In this document: piece after piece, positions 23,181 to 23,198 of the stretch
Layout: each line of letters starts with the position of its first letter
How positions within the stretch are numbered: position 1 is the first letter of the stretch
Source: a virus
Lineage: Duplodnaviria; Heunggongvirae; Uroviricota; Caudoviricetes
Strand: one strand, 5' to 3'
DNA length: 23,198 nucleotides
Virus record (IMG/VR): IMGVR_UViG_3300018481_000002
Span: 1-23,198 of that record
Translations under genes and position numbers: made by a program
The notes under the pieces: model-generated
The model's database searches: none
The model's input: only the letters and a program-made list of their open reading frames with translations
Told to the model about the DNA's origin: nothing

Positions 23181-23198
23181 CGGTTCCTCAGTCTTCGT

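Noticed and set aside
1-23198. tRNA, tmRNA, rRNA genes, CRISPR arrays, IS elements or DGR template/variable repeats
   Set aside because: No T-arm/CCA cloverleaf, no regularly spaced repeat-spacer array, and no transposase or reverse transcriptase were seen by eye. tRNAscan, ARAGORN and a CRISPR finder would confirm.

Overview
A GC-rich, densely coded segment of a tailed-phage (or prophage) genome, most likely infecting an actinobacterium. It has two convergent blocks. The + strand block (1-11876) starts with the C-terminal part of an unidentified protein, a 28-aa Cys/His micro-ORF missed by the ORF track, an ECF-type sigma factor, a palindrome- and hairpin-rich control or origin-like region with small genes (YegP/DUF1508, HTH), and tandem HNH and LAGLIDADG-type endonucleases. 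It ends in a virion fibre/adhesin module whose last gene encodes a 1393-aa protein with ~54 Gly/Ser/Thr/Ala-rich ~18-aa repeats and two inserted lectin/CBM-like domains. The - strand block (12207-23180) is a run of mostly translationally coupled early or accessory genes: a RuvB-like AAA+ motor, a stand-alone Xer/Cre-like tyrosine recombinase with no adjacent att-sized gap, a metallophosphoesterase, DUF4406, a DUF6283-like protein, Zn-motif proteins, tandem SH3-like paralogs and a secreted 480-aa Cys-rich protein. The most unusual signals are: three structured non-coding intervals (1681-1935, 11877-12206, 19810-19926), the last closed by a perfect 13-bp stem and carrying a partial SRP-RNA-like motif; a RuvB with an altered RuvA-binding hairpin; an inverted pair of GNA-triloop DNA hairpin doublets; and the giant beta-repeat fibre. 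All family assignments are by motif recognition from memory. No database searches were run.
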